Source: Thermoproteota archaeon
Lineage (GTDB): Archaea; Korarchaeota; Korarchaeia; Korarchaeales; Korarchaeaceae
Direction of reading: 5' to 3'
Length of the DNA: 64,000 nt
Assembly: GCA_015522685.1 (NCBI GenBank)
Contig: WALU01000032.1
Span: 32,001 to 96,000, forward strand
The notes under the pieces were generated by a model. That model did no database searches, was not told where the DNA came from, and saw only the letters and a list, made by a program, of their open reading frames with translations. Position numbers and translations under genes: made by a program. Each line of letters begins with the position of its first letter. The stretch's first letter is position 1. This document shows, piece after piece, positions 48,176-57,685 of the stretch.

Positions 48176-49623
48176 CTTGGAGAGTTCTTAATCTTTCCAT
48201 AGGATACAAGGGCTTTCATGGCTCTAGCAGCTCTTTCAGATTCTGGATATGCAGGTATCCCCTCCGCCTCGAACATTTCCCTGAAGGCTTTAGCATATTG
48301 CGAGGATCCAACGTCCATTGCCACCACTGGCTTATCATAGCTCTTAGATAAGCCTGCTAATCTATTTGGAAGATTGGTGGTCACTCCTGGGACATGATGA
48401 AGGGCAAGAATCATTATACCATCTACATTATCATCCTCTAAGAGTATCCTCATAGTCTCTACGAAGGAATCATCTGTTGCGCTGCCTGTTAAGTCTATTG
48501 GGTCGATAGTAGCTGCAATAGGGGGGATTATCCTTTTTTCCTTGAGATTTTGAAATATGTTCTGGCTTTCTTCAGATAAATTAGCTAGTTTGAGGCCCAA
48601 AGCCTCAGTTTCATCTGCAGCCATGACGCCTACGCCTCCTCCATCTGTCAAAATAGCTATCCTATTCCCCCTAGCAGGAGGCTGCATTACTAGAGCTTTA
48701 GCAACATCGAAGAGCTCCTCCATATCTCTAACCCTAATCACACCTGCCTGCTTAAAGGCAGCATCATAAACATTATCACTACCAGCCATGGCAGCGGTAT
48801 GTGAATTCGCTGCTCTTGCTCCAGCACTTGTTCTTCCTGCCTTAAAGATCACTATAGGCTTTTCTTTCGTTATCTCTCTAGCTAACTTTAAGAATTCCCT
48901 TCCCCTATCTATTGACTCGGCATATATGAGGATTACCTTTGTCTCCTCATCTCTCCTAAGATATTCTAGAACATCAACCTCATCTACATCCAATTTGTTG
49001 CCATAGCTAATGAATTTAGCTAGGCCAATTCCTTCACCATGCATGTAATCAAGACAGGCAACGCCAAAAGCTCCAGATTGAGTGCTTAGTGATATATTGC
49101 CAGGTTTCGGTCTAGGAGATGATATATATTTCTTGTCTAGGAACTCCTTCTCTACAGGTAAAAACATGGTATCTACTCCAGTTGATGGGACAACCACACC
49201 GACGCAGTTAGGACCTATAACTCTCATCTCATATCTATCCCTAAGAGCTTCAAGTTCCCTCTGGAGTTCTACTCCTTCTCCACCTACCTCCGCAAAGCCA
49301 CCACTTATAACTATGACATTCTTTATTCCCCTCTTTCCACAATCCTCCATGGCCGAAGGAGTGTACTTAGCAGGTGTTACTAAAATAGCTAGATCTGGGG
49401 CATCAGGTAGTTCTAAGATAGACTTGTAAGTAGGTACGCCAAGTATCATCTCATTCGATTTAGGATTTACGGCATACAGCTTCCCCTTATAGATACCCAT
49501 TTGTGAATTTTCGACCAATATCCTCAACAGCTCATAGCCTATCTTTCTTGGAGTTCTAGAGGCACCTACAATTGCCATGGACCTAGGATTGAAGAAACTA
49601 TCTAGCGAAGACACCTTATTCAC
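48172..49623 (-). CDS. acdA: ADP-forming acyl-CoA synthetase alpha subunit
   Basis: FFNPRS.AIVGAS, GPNCVG, QSGA, GNK.D, SHTAAMAG (phospho-His), DP.DLTG. Confidence 0.92.
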   Translation of the reverse strand: MNKVSSLDSFFNPRSMAIVGASRTPRKIGYELLRILVENSQMGIYKGKLYAVNPKSNEMILGVPTYKSILELPDAPDLAILVTPAKYTPSAMEDCGKRGIKNVIVISGGFAEVGGEGVELQRELEALRDRYEMRVIGPNCVGVVVPSTGVDTMFLPVEKEFLDKKYISSPRPKPGNISLSTQSGAFGVACLDYMHGEGIGLAKFISYGNKLDVDEVDVLEYLRRDEETKVILIYAESIDRGREFLKLAREITKEKPIVIFKAGRTSAGARAANSHTAAMAGSDNVYDAAFKQAGVIRVRDMEELFDVAKALVMQPPARGNRIAILTDGGGVGVMAADETEALGLKLANLSEESQNIFQNLKEKRIIPPIAATIDPIDLTGSATDDSFVETMRILLEDDNVDGIMILALHHVPGVTTNLPNRLAGLSKSYDKPVVAMDVGSSQYAKAFREMFEAEGIPAYPESERAARAMKALVSYGKIKNSPR

Positions 49624-49700
49624 CAGGAAGTATAACCCAATCTTAATAAAGAGATTTCACTGGCATATCACTTAAGCTAAAAGCCATCTGAAATATACCT

Positions 49701-49713
49701 AAAAAAAGAAAAA
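49701..49713 (-). terminator. Oligo(T) terminator after the histone gene
   Basis: TTTTTCTTTTTTT on the minus strand just downstream of the histone stop. Confidence 0.55.
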
Positions 49714-49739
49714 GGTCCGAGTGAGGGGAAACAGGAATC

Positions 49740-49964
49740 TTATGTCCTCCAAACTGCCCTGATGGCCAGCTCTATATCATCACCGGTTACGGTCTTCCTA
49801 TTGGCGTGCTTAGCTAAACTAACAGCATGCCTGCTTGTTTCGGTGGCAAACTTCTCCATATAGCGCTCCAGCCTCTCAACGGCAGCATCGCTTACCCTTT
49901 CAGCACCTGCCTCCCGGATTATCCTCCCAATGGGAGCTAAAGGTAGATACCTTGTCTTAGGCAT
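49740..49964 (-). CDS. Archaeal histone
   Basis: LPLAPIGRIIR.AGAERVS...HANRKTV..DDIELA. Confidence 0.96.
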   Translation of the reverse strand: MPKTRYLPLAPIGRIIREAGAERVSDAAVERLERYMEKFATETSRHAVSLAKHANRKTVTGDDIELAIRAVWRT

Positions 49965-50300
49965 AAGAAAAGGTATCTCATGTTAAATAAAAAATTTACT
50001 CTTCTATTGCAAGTGAGGTTTGTAGTAGAACATTTCATTTATAATGAAGATCATCATCTGTTACTATGAAATCCACTTAATTTAACAAGTGGGATCTTGG
50101 AAATCAGAGAAATTACTGGATTTCATTGGGTATGATTAGAGGTATTATCGTTTATAAGGAAGAAATTAAGAATAAGCAAAATAGCTACCTCATCCTGGGA
50201 CATGAGCCTCACATAAGCAGATTGGAAATTGGCGAAAACGACTGTCCTACTATAAACTTTGTAGAGTCTTATACTATAAAGAGAATTGCTATTTACTACT

Positions 50301-51290
50301 CTATTCTAACTTCCTAAGCAGCAGGTAAGGGTCATTTGATTCAGATGGAAATTCTTCTATCTTCTCATTCACTATAATAGATCTTCCCTTACCTTTCAGT
50401 TTCCCTATAATGCTAACTGGGAAGCCATGCGACTCTATCAATTCCCTTAGAAAATCTAGGGGAGAATTTCTAGGAATTGCCGCTAATATAACACCCGAGC
50501 TAGAAGCAGCCAAAGGATCAAAGTTTAAGATCTCTCCTAGCCTAACAAGCTCCGGTGGGAATAGAAAGCTTTTCCTTCTCACAATAAAGCCAAGCCCAGA
50601 TGCATCAGCGAAATCATTAAGGAGTCTTACCATGCCACCTTCTGCCCCATCTTTCATTCCATTGACTCTAGAGAACATAGCTAGGTCTCTCGCCTTATCA
50701 ACAACCGTTAGCATCCATCTAGCTCTTCTCCATCTCTCTACCGTTATCCTATCAGAGACCCTCTGAAGAACTTCTGGATTAAAATGAGCTGCTCCATAAA
50801 GGAACTCCGCTCCTAGAATGCCTACAAGCATTAACAAATCTCCTTCCTTAGCCAATTTAGGAGATATTATTTTCCTCGCCTCTCCTATAACTGTAGTCGC
50901 AACTACAGGCTCGTTGATTGAGTCATACCATCCTGTATGACCTGTGATTATAGAAACATTATACCTATAAGCCTCCCAATTTAGATCTTCAGCGATCTTG
51001 ACTGCCTTTTCTTCCTTAAAACCTGAGGGGAGGAGGATTGTGCTAGTCATAATGCGAGGTTTTGCTCCTAAAACTGCTACATCTGATGCGGAAAAATGGA
51101 ACCCAAAGTAACCTATATCATCTAATGGAACCCCCAAAGATGGGTCTGCAGCATATACTCTAGTGAGACCCATCAATCTCTCTGCTCCCGCATCAAGATT
51201 AGGATTTGGAGGAATATATATATTGCTGTTTAGCTTACCTACCAGCCTAGTTATCCTCTCAAGCAAGGCTTTCCTCGCCTTTCCTCTCAT
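50301..51290 (-). CDS. AIR synthase/HypE/ThiL superfamily protein
   Basis: ADP, SDVAVLGAKP, TGHT, AKEGD, MKDGAEGG, SSG. Confidence 0.8.
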   Translation of the reverse strand: MRGKARKALLERITRLVGKLNSNIYIPPNPNLDAGAERLMGLTRVYAADPSLGVPLDDIGYFGFHFSASDVAVLGAKPRIMTSTILLPSGFKEEKAVKIAEDLNWEAYRYNVSIITGHTGWYDSINEPVVATTVIGEARKIISPKLAKEGDLLMLVGILGAEFLYGAAHFNPEVLQRVSDRITVERWRRARWMLTVVDKARDLAMFSRVNGMKDGAEGGMVRLLNDFADASGLGFIVRRKSFLFPPELVRLGEILNFDPLAASSSGVILAAIPRNSPLDFLRELIESHGFPVSIIGKLKGKGRSIIVNEKIEEFPSESNDPYLLLRKLE

Positions 51291-51353
51291 TTTGAGTTAT
51301 GCAAGGAGTTTTAATGATAACTTTTTTGAATGAGCCTTTCACTACTCAAGCAA

Positions 51354-52168
51354 TGAGAGTAGCTATACAGGGAGAGAAAGGATCCTACAGTGATGAGGCT
51401 GCTAGAAAATTCTTCGGAGATTACGAGGCAATCTATAACAGGTTTTTAGAGGAAGTCTTTGACTCAGTAGCTTCTAAAGAAGCTGATTATGGAATAATTC
51501 CAGTTGAGAATTCAACAACCGGTAGTATAAGGAAGGCTCTCGATCTTCTTCTTGAGAACGATGCTAAGGTAATCGGAGAGATAGAGGTCAGAGTTAGACA
51601 TGCCCTTTTATCAGTAAAGAGTGCTAATTTAGAAGATATAAAAGTAATTTACTCGCACCCTGAAGCCATCTCTCAGTGTGAGAGATTTCTCAGGTCTAGA
51701 AAATGGACTGTAATCCCCAGCTTTGATACAGCAGGTGCGGCAAGGGAAGTAGCTAGGCTAGGAGATCCCAGGAAAGCAGCCATAGCAGGAGAACAAGCGG
51801 CAGGTATATACAAACTCAATATCTTAGCTAGGGATATACAAGACCTATATCACAACACAACTCGCTTCTTTGTGGTGAGCAGAGAAGGGAAATGGATTGA
51901 TAAGGAAGCAGATACAACTTCTCTATTCTTCGCAACTAGGCATATACCGGGAGCCCTATGGAGAGCTCTAGGCGCCTTTGCAAGGAGGAGTATAAATCTT
52001 CTGTGGCTTGAATCTAGGCCCATAAGGAAAGAACCTTGGAATTATTCCTTTTTCGTGGAGTTTGAAGGTTCTTTATCAAGTGAGAATATCAAAGAAGCTC
52101 TAGATGAGCTGAAAGATCGTACCCTATGGTTAAAGGTTCTTGGAAGCTATAAAAAAAATAAGATTTAG
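51354..52168 (+). CDS. pheA: Prephenate dehydratase with ACT domain
   Basis: QGEKGSYS, PVENSTTGS, SHPEA..QC, NTTRF, LESRP; start trimmed to MRVAI. Confidence 0.93.
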
Positions 52169-52202
52169 CTAAGCTAAGATATATTAGTGGGGAGAAGGTG
52201 TT

Positions 52203-52590
52203 ATGACTAGGATAGCGATTCTAGTTTAACGATCAAGTGGAAGATGATGAGTTTGCTATCTCCTTTACTATTTTAAATGGAAAGGACCTGATATCATAAT
52301 AGGTCACCCATTAGAGGAGTTCGGCAGCAAATATGGTTACAGAAAATGGAAAACTGACATAAGAGCTTCGGAGATAGAGCCTAGTGAACTGTATGTATGC
52401 ATTATACCGTAAGGCTACAGTCCAGACAAGCTAAGATTGGATAAGTCCACTCCTCAACCTTGTGAGAGAGTTGATCAATACTGAGGCGGAATGGATCGAT
52501 GAAGCCATGGTTATCGATAGAAGTCTAATAATCTTTAGGCATCCCTCAGATATTCCAGAATTCGTTGAAGCGATAGGAAGGATTTTACTC
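52203..52590 (+). pseudogene. Degraded PfpI/DJ-1 family gene
   Basis: MTRIAILV / NDQVEDDEF / GSKYGY / IIP*GYSPDKLR / AEWIDEAMVIDRSLIIFRHPSDIPEF; stops, frameshifts, and the ICHG segment is missing. Confidence 0.75.
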
Positions 52591-53088
52591 CATTAGCTCC
52601 TCTCTAAATTTTCCATTCAGATTTCTAATCTCCTCCTCATTTTTTACACTCGAATATAAGTCCAATCTCTGCTTATTTATGTATATGAACTCCATTCCCC
52701 ATTTAAATGGATTGAGTAGCCTTAAAGAGTCTTCTTGATTCTTAGTTATGTAAAGGGCAGATGCAAGGGCTTCTACAGTTGATAGATATTCTGGTATACC
52801 ATAATTTATCGGATTGGCTGCAACAAGAAAAGGAAGCCTTCTATATATTCCCCTCGGCCATTTGACTTCTTTGATTCTCCTCCAAGAGGCATCTACAGCC
52901 AATATGCCCTTGGCGACTTCTGCATCCAAAGGACTAAGGTATTTTCTAGAAAAAGGATTTAATACTATGAGCCCACGAACAGGCCTGTATCTCTCAGCTA
53001 ATCTGAGCCTTAAAAGTTTAGATCCTGTTGCCTTTTTAGGATCATCCTGTCTAAGCCTCAGAATATAAACTTTCATTGCTTCATTCAC
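52585..53088 (-). CDS. tsr3: rRNA aminocarboxypropyltransferase Tsr3
   Basis: QDDPKKATG, DASW, RRLPFLVAANPINYG...LSTVEALA, FKWG. Confidence 0.93.
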   Translation of the reverse strand: MNEAMKVYILRLRQDDPKKATGSKLLRLRLAERYRPVRGLIVLNPFSRKYLSPLDAEVAKGILAVDASWRRIKEVKWPRGIYRRLPFLVAANPINYGIPEYLSTVEALASALYITKNQEDSLRLLNPFKWGMEFIYINKQRLDLYSSVKNEEEIRNLNGKFREELME

Positions 53089-53348
53089 TTAAGTTTCTCA
53101 AGCACGATAAATGTGACAGTATTCTCTATACCTTCCTGACTTCTCAGGCTTTCTATTATCCTCGCTAATTCGAAGGTATTAGCGGCCTCTACCCTGAGCA
53201 GAAAGTCAAATTCACCTGTTACGTAGAATACCTCCTTAACTTTGTCATTCTCTGAAAATATCTTCTTCAAATCGATGGTACTTGAAGGTCTGACACTTAT
53301 AGCTATGAATGCCTCCAACATTCCCATACTTATCCCTCTTCGCTCCAA
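53085..53348 (-). CDS. Lrp/AsnC ligand-binding (RAM) domain protein
   Basis: VKEVFYVTGEFDFLLRV...T.TFIVL; no HTH. Confidence 0.85.
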   Translation of the reverse strand: MERRGISMGMLEAFIAISVRPSSTIDLKKIFSENDKVKEVFYVTGEFDFLLRVEAANTFELARIIESLRSQEGIENTVTFIVLEKLK

Positions 53349-53549
53349 GCATAGTAGTAATAGGCTTCTAATAAATTACTCTTTACATTTAATTACATGG
53401 AATGTATGGAGCATTGCTATCTGAGAGTCATTTCAGATATGAGATGCTAGTCATCCATAGCTAGATTTTATAGTCGTCAAATGTCGTTTTAAGCTTCTGC
53501 AATAATCGCTTGTATAGAAGCTACATGCCTACTTGTCTAAGGTGATATA

Positions 53550-53750
53550 ATGAACCAGCAAACCTTCCTAAGAGTAGATAAGAACCTCATCGATGTCATC
53601 GATGCCTTAGTGTTGGAAGGTATGTTTAAAAGTAGATCAAGAGCTATAAAAGCAGCTCTTATGGGCTTTATAAGAACCAAGAATGCTGAGAGAGTTAGAG
53701 CTATTTATGAGGAATTCATATCTGAAGCCATTTCTAATTTCCGAAGGTGA
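53550..53750 (+). CDS. Ribbon-helix-helix (CopG-like) protein
   Basis: IDALVLEGMFKSRSRAIKAAL; GGTGA RBS. Confidence 0.75.
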   Translation: MNQQTFLRVDKNLIDVIDALVLEGMFKSRSRAIKAALMGFIRTKNAERVRAIYEEFISEAISNFRR

Positions 53751-53879
53751 TTATTTCCAGGCATGTTTCACCTATTGCCTCGATTTCTTTGGTAAGTTTT
53801 TATTTTTTGTATGAATAATCAAGGATAAAAGATGCTACTTAACCTTAACTAAAAATTATTATCAATATTAGCATTCATC

Positions 53880-55076
53880 CTACTCTATCTTCTTTTTCCT
53901 CTCTCTTTCATAGAAAACATAGAGCTTCTGCACATTCTGTAAAGCAACTAAATCAGCTCTTCTGCCTCTGAAGCTCAGTTTATCTAATCCCTCTAGCTCC
54001 GAAGCTACCCTCAAAGCATCGAACATTATAACCTCTGGCCTTAATGTTTTAGAATGTTCTATGCATGCAGTATCTGCTAGATTTATGTAATCAGGGTAAG
54101 ACGGACCTCTCGTATGCTTCGCAGAGTACTCTGCGAAATTCTTCAAATATAAATTAAATCCAGTCAGTTTTATTACTGGTCCATTAATCGCATGAGGTCT
54201 GTAGAAACCGACCTCTACATCGTTGAATAAAGGATTTTGAAGAAATAATGAAGCCATTCTGTCTACATAATGCCTCTTCCTCCTTACCATAGATGAGAAA
54301 TAGGAAATGGTGAACTTAGAGTCTTCATATTCATCACCATATCTTCCTACGTTTATGAACTCTCCTGGATCCATCAATAGCCATCCAATGATTGAATCTG
54401 ACAAGAGGTCTGAGAGTATAGGTCTAGGAATGTCTTTTGGAGCATTATCTATGATCTCCATCAGCTCACTTCCTAGGAATTTGTACGCAATAAGGGAGGT
54501 GCTAATCCTCTTCACTAAACCAACTAAACCCTTCTTCTTAGCTTTTGCATGCTTCATTATCCTATGAGAAAGCCCTGTTATACTTGATCCCTTCCTTAAC
54601 TGAAATATTGCATCGGCAGGAGGAAAATCCCCATCTCTAACTAAGATGTCAAAATCTTCTCTCCTTGAAATAATATCTTCCATAAGCTTTAGCTCTTCTC
54701 TTTTGGCCATGACTGAAGAAAGAGAGGAGTATAACTCTTCTTCTTCATTAAAATCTTCTCTAATTGATTTAAGTCTGAATATCGGTCTTCTTGCCTTAGG
54801 ATATGTTACAGCCGCTAGAAGGATGAATTCAGCTCTTAGTCCTCTTAGAGATAGAGTAGGAGAGAAAGTGGAGTCTATGGCTACTATCTCATATTCCTTG
54901 GGAGGATCACCAAGCCTCAAAACATTCTCCCTCAAAAATCTCCCTAATTTATCATATATTGGAATGAGATATTTCCATGCTCTCCTCATATGAATCGTAA
55001 TTTTCCTTGCTCTATCGAGAGCAGCAGAATATATATCAGGATCTAGGAGATCCCCTTTCCATTCAACATCGCTCAT
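53880..55076 (-). CDS. NurA-family nuclease (divergent)
   Basis: IVAIDST, REE, LVRDGD, GLVKR, SD, YPDYINLAD; ATGA overlap with herA. Confidence 0.78.
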   Translation of the reverse strand: MSDVEWKGDLLDPDIYSAALDRARKITIHMRRAWKYLIPIYDKLGRFLRENVLRLGDPPKEYEIVAIDSTFSPTLSLRGLRAEFILLAAVTYPKARRPIFRLKSIREDFNEEEELYSSLSSVMAKREELKLMEDIISRREDFDILVRDGDFPPADAIFQLRKGSSITGLSHRIMKHAKAKKKGLVGLVKRISTSLIAYKFLGSELMEIIDNAPKDIPRPILSDLLSDSIIGWLLMDPGEFINVGRYGDEYEDSKFTISYFSSMVRRKRHYVDRMASLFLQNPLFNDVEVGFYRPHAINGPVIKLTGFNLYLKNFAEYSAKHTRGPSYPDYINLADTACIEHSKTLRPEVIMFDALRVASELEGLDKLSFRGRRADLVALQNVQKLYVFYERERKKKIE

Positions 55077-56491
55077 GAACCTTCACCGAATGTATGCATC
55101 AGTATGGGTCTCCTAAAGGGAGAAAGGAGACCAGTTACATAGAAATCTCCAGTTCCCAGTATGCCAGTATCTATGTCCCCTAAGCTAACTATTTTTCCTA
55201 TATCATCCAAATCGCTCGAAGATTGAAGAGAGCTGAAAACAACGCTGTTTATGTTCGCCCTTATATTAATATCTAAGTCAGATACCCATCTCTGGCTGAC
55301 AAGAATTAAGCCGATACCCCACTTCCTCCCTCTCCTAGCTACGTCTGATAAAGCTCCTGTAGGGGGCTGTCCCTTAGCGTATACCTGAGCTTCATCTACA
55401 ACTATTGCGATGTTTAGCTTATCTTCTCTTCTCTCAGCCCTATCCATAATTCCCGACATAACGCCTCTCATTATACCATATCTTATGGGTAAGGTCTCAG
55501 AGCTTATGTCAAGTATTGTTAGGTCTTCATCTAAAATATGATCTATTAGATCATTGATATCATATTTTCTGCCATTAAACGAACTCAGGGATATTCCAGA
55601 TTTCGCAAGTCTGAATAAGGACTTGGCTATTGTATGATCTTTTCTCTTGAGATATCCCATAACTACCCTCAAAGTGGCTATAAATGGTTCATCATCCCAA
55701 TTAATATTCATGGGACTTATCTCCCTCAACTTTGATATGGCTTCCATGTCAAATTCTCCGCTTCCAAAACCTAGAGATTCCATGAAGTTCCTAACCTTCT
55801 CTAGATCTCCTTCACTATACAAGTAGGTATAAAGGGATACCTCGGCATCATCCAAGTAATCTTTTCCAAGGACCTTATTGGCCATAACCTCAGCTAGAGA
55901 AAACAAATCCGGGAATATATTGTCATCAGTTATTACCTGATCTCTAAAATATGGAGAATAGTCAACTCCTGTATGATCAAAGACAACAACCCTCTTGCCA
56001 GTCCTTACAAGCTCCTTCACCAAAAGCCTGACGAGATGAGATTTGCCTGAACCAGTTGCTCCAACTACAGCCACATGATAATCTATCGCTCTGGAATCTA
56101 GGGGAAGAGGCCACTTAGACGATGGATGTTCTCCTACAAAGATGGGATTCTCTATAAACGCTAGCTCCTCAAGATCCCCCCTCTCTACTTTATAGGCAGG
56201 TGTCCCGGTTGGTATAGCTGAGAGTATTCGAGGATCGAACCTGCCTCGATTGATCGATCCATATAGCTCCACATTGGCATTTTGATATTCATAAGCCTTT
56301 ATAGCTTCCACATTAGTAGGCGTAAAAGGTGAGTAAGGCGACATGGTTGGATTAGCATAGGAAACTCCTCTTACAACACCTAGAAGCCCATTTCCCACAA
56401 TTATTAAATCGTCTATAAGGACCTTATCCTCTAGTCTAACCGTGATCCACTTGGTAGAGGTCCTCCCTACAGCAAACCCGACTTTTCTCAT
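55073..56491 (-). CDS. HerA/FtsK-family ATPase (DUF87)
   Basis: N-terminal HAS-like barrel, HVAVVGATGSGKS, FDHTG, VDEAQ, RRGRKWG, SQR. Confidence 0.9.
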   Translation of the reverse strand: MRKVGFAVGRTSTKWITVRLEDKVLIDDLIIVGNGLLGVVRGVSYANPTMSPYSPFTPTNVEAIKAYEYQNANVELYGSINRGRFDPRILSAIPTGTPAYKVERGDLEELAFIENPIFVGEHPSSKWPLPLDSRAIDYHVAVVGATGSGKSHLVRLLVKELVRTGKRVVVFDHTGVDYSPYFRDQVITDDNIFPDLFSLAEVMANKVLGKDYLDDAEVSLYTYLYSEGDLEKVRNFMESLGFGSGEFDMEAISKLREISPMNINWDDEPFIATLRVVMGYLKRKDHTIAKSLFRLAKSGISLSSFNGRKYDINDLIDHILDEDLTILDISSETLPIRYGIMRGVMSGIMDRAERREDKLNIAIVVDEAQVYAKGQPPTGALSDVARRGRKWGIGLILVSQRWVSDLDINIRANINSVVFSSLQSSSDLDDIGKIVSLGDIDTGILGTGDFYVTGLLSPFRRPILMHTFGEGS

Positions 56492-56587
56492 TTATGAGAT
56501 CTCTGCAGCTGGAATTAAAAAGGTATTCTGTCAACTGAGATATTTGCTTGAACGTTCTCCATACTCTCGACGGGACAATGCATATTT

Positions 56588-57682
56588 ATGAATAGAGAGA
56601 ACTATTGGAAGACGGTGTGTCTAATGGATATTGAAAAGGAATTACAGGAAAACAGAAGACTCATAGACTCAATAATAAAGAGCAAGTTTCCTAGGAATAT
56701 AGACTCTAGCTATCTAAAGTGGCTTGCAGGAGATACATCCTATTTATATGATCTCGAAGTAGTTCAAAAAACTATATTTGATCCTATGTGGGATCTACTC
56801 TCAAGAGGAGGAAAGAGATGGAGACCTTGGCTCTTTCTAATCCTCGCAAATAACCTAGGAGTTGATTTGGATAAGTTTAGGGATCTAGTCACAATAGTAG
56901 AGTTACTCCACAATGGCTCCCTTGTTGCTGATGACATCGAAGATGGAGCCGACATAAGGAGAGGAGATAAAGCAATACATCTGAAATATGGGTTGGATAT
57001 TGCTGTGAACTTATCATCAGCTATGTATTTCATGCCTCTTAGGATCTTAATGGAGATGGACGTGAGCAGGGATATCTATAGGAGACTGGTTGAGGCATAT
57101 ATAGAGGACATGATCCGCATACATCTAGGGCAGGCTACGGATATTGGGTGGCATAGGGGATTAAGGGATCCAGAGAGTATAAAGGTGGAACATTATCTAC
57201 AGATGTGTGCTAATAAGACGGGGGTACTCCCTAGACTAGCTGCTAGATTTGCGGCAATACTTGCTCAATTAAGCCCTGAGAATGAGGCAAAGATAGGTAA
57301 ATTTGCCGAATCCATAGGAATAGCCTTCCAAATACAGGACGATATAATCAACGTTATAGGAGCTGAAAAATTAGGAAAAAGCTTTGGGGAGGATATAACT
57401 GAGGGAAAAATAACATTGATGACAATATACACACTTTCAAGGGCAAGCGAGGAAGATAAGAGGAGGCTGAAAGAGATATTAGAAATGCATACGAGAGATA
57501 GGGCGCTTATTGAGGAAGCAATTTCAATCTTAAAGAGGTATGGCTCAATAGAATATGCGAAGAAGTTCGCTAAGGATCTTGTAAAGAAATCTTGGGAGAA
57601 TGTAGAGAGCATATTGCCAAATAATGAATATAAAGAGAAGCTTAGATCCTTGGCTAATTTTATGGTTGAGAGGGAATTCTGA
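56588..57682 (+). CDS. Polyprenyl (geranylgeranyl) diphosphate synthase
   Basis: GGKRWRP, LVADDIED...RRG, GQATD, KT, FQIQDD, DITEGK. Confidence 0.93.
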   Translation: MNRENYWKTVCLMDIEKELQENRRLIDSIIKSKFPRNIDSSYLKWLAGDTSYLYDLEVVQKTIFDPMWDLLSRGGKRWRPWLFLILANNLGVDLDKFRDLVTIVELLHNGSLVADDIEDGADIRRGDKAIHLKYGLDIAVNLSSAMYFMPLRILMEMDVSRDIYRRLVEAYIEDMIRIHLGQATDIGWHRGLRDPESIKVEHYLQMCANKTGVLPRLAARFAAILAQLSPENEAKIGKFAESIGIAFQIQDDIINVIGAEKLGKSFGEDITEGKITLMTIYTLSRASEEDKRRLKEILEMHTRDRALIEEAISILKRYGSIEYAKKFAKDLVKKSWENVESILPNNEYKEKLRSLANFMVEREF

Positions 57683-57685
57683 AGA

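Noticed and set aside
50126-50317. 63-aa ORF with LILGHEP resembling SixA phosphatases
   Set aside because: Single short motif, no RHG motif; cannot be distinguished from chance.
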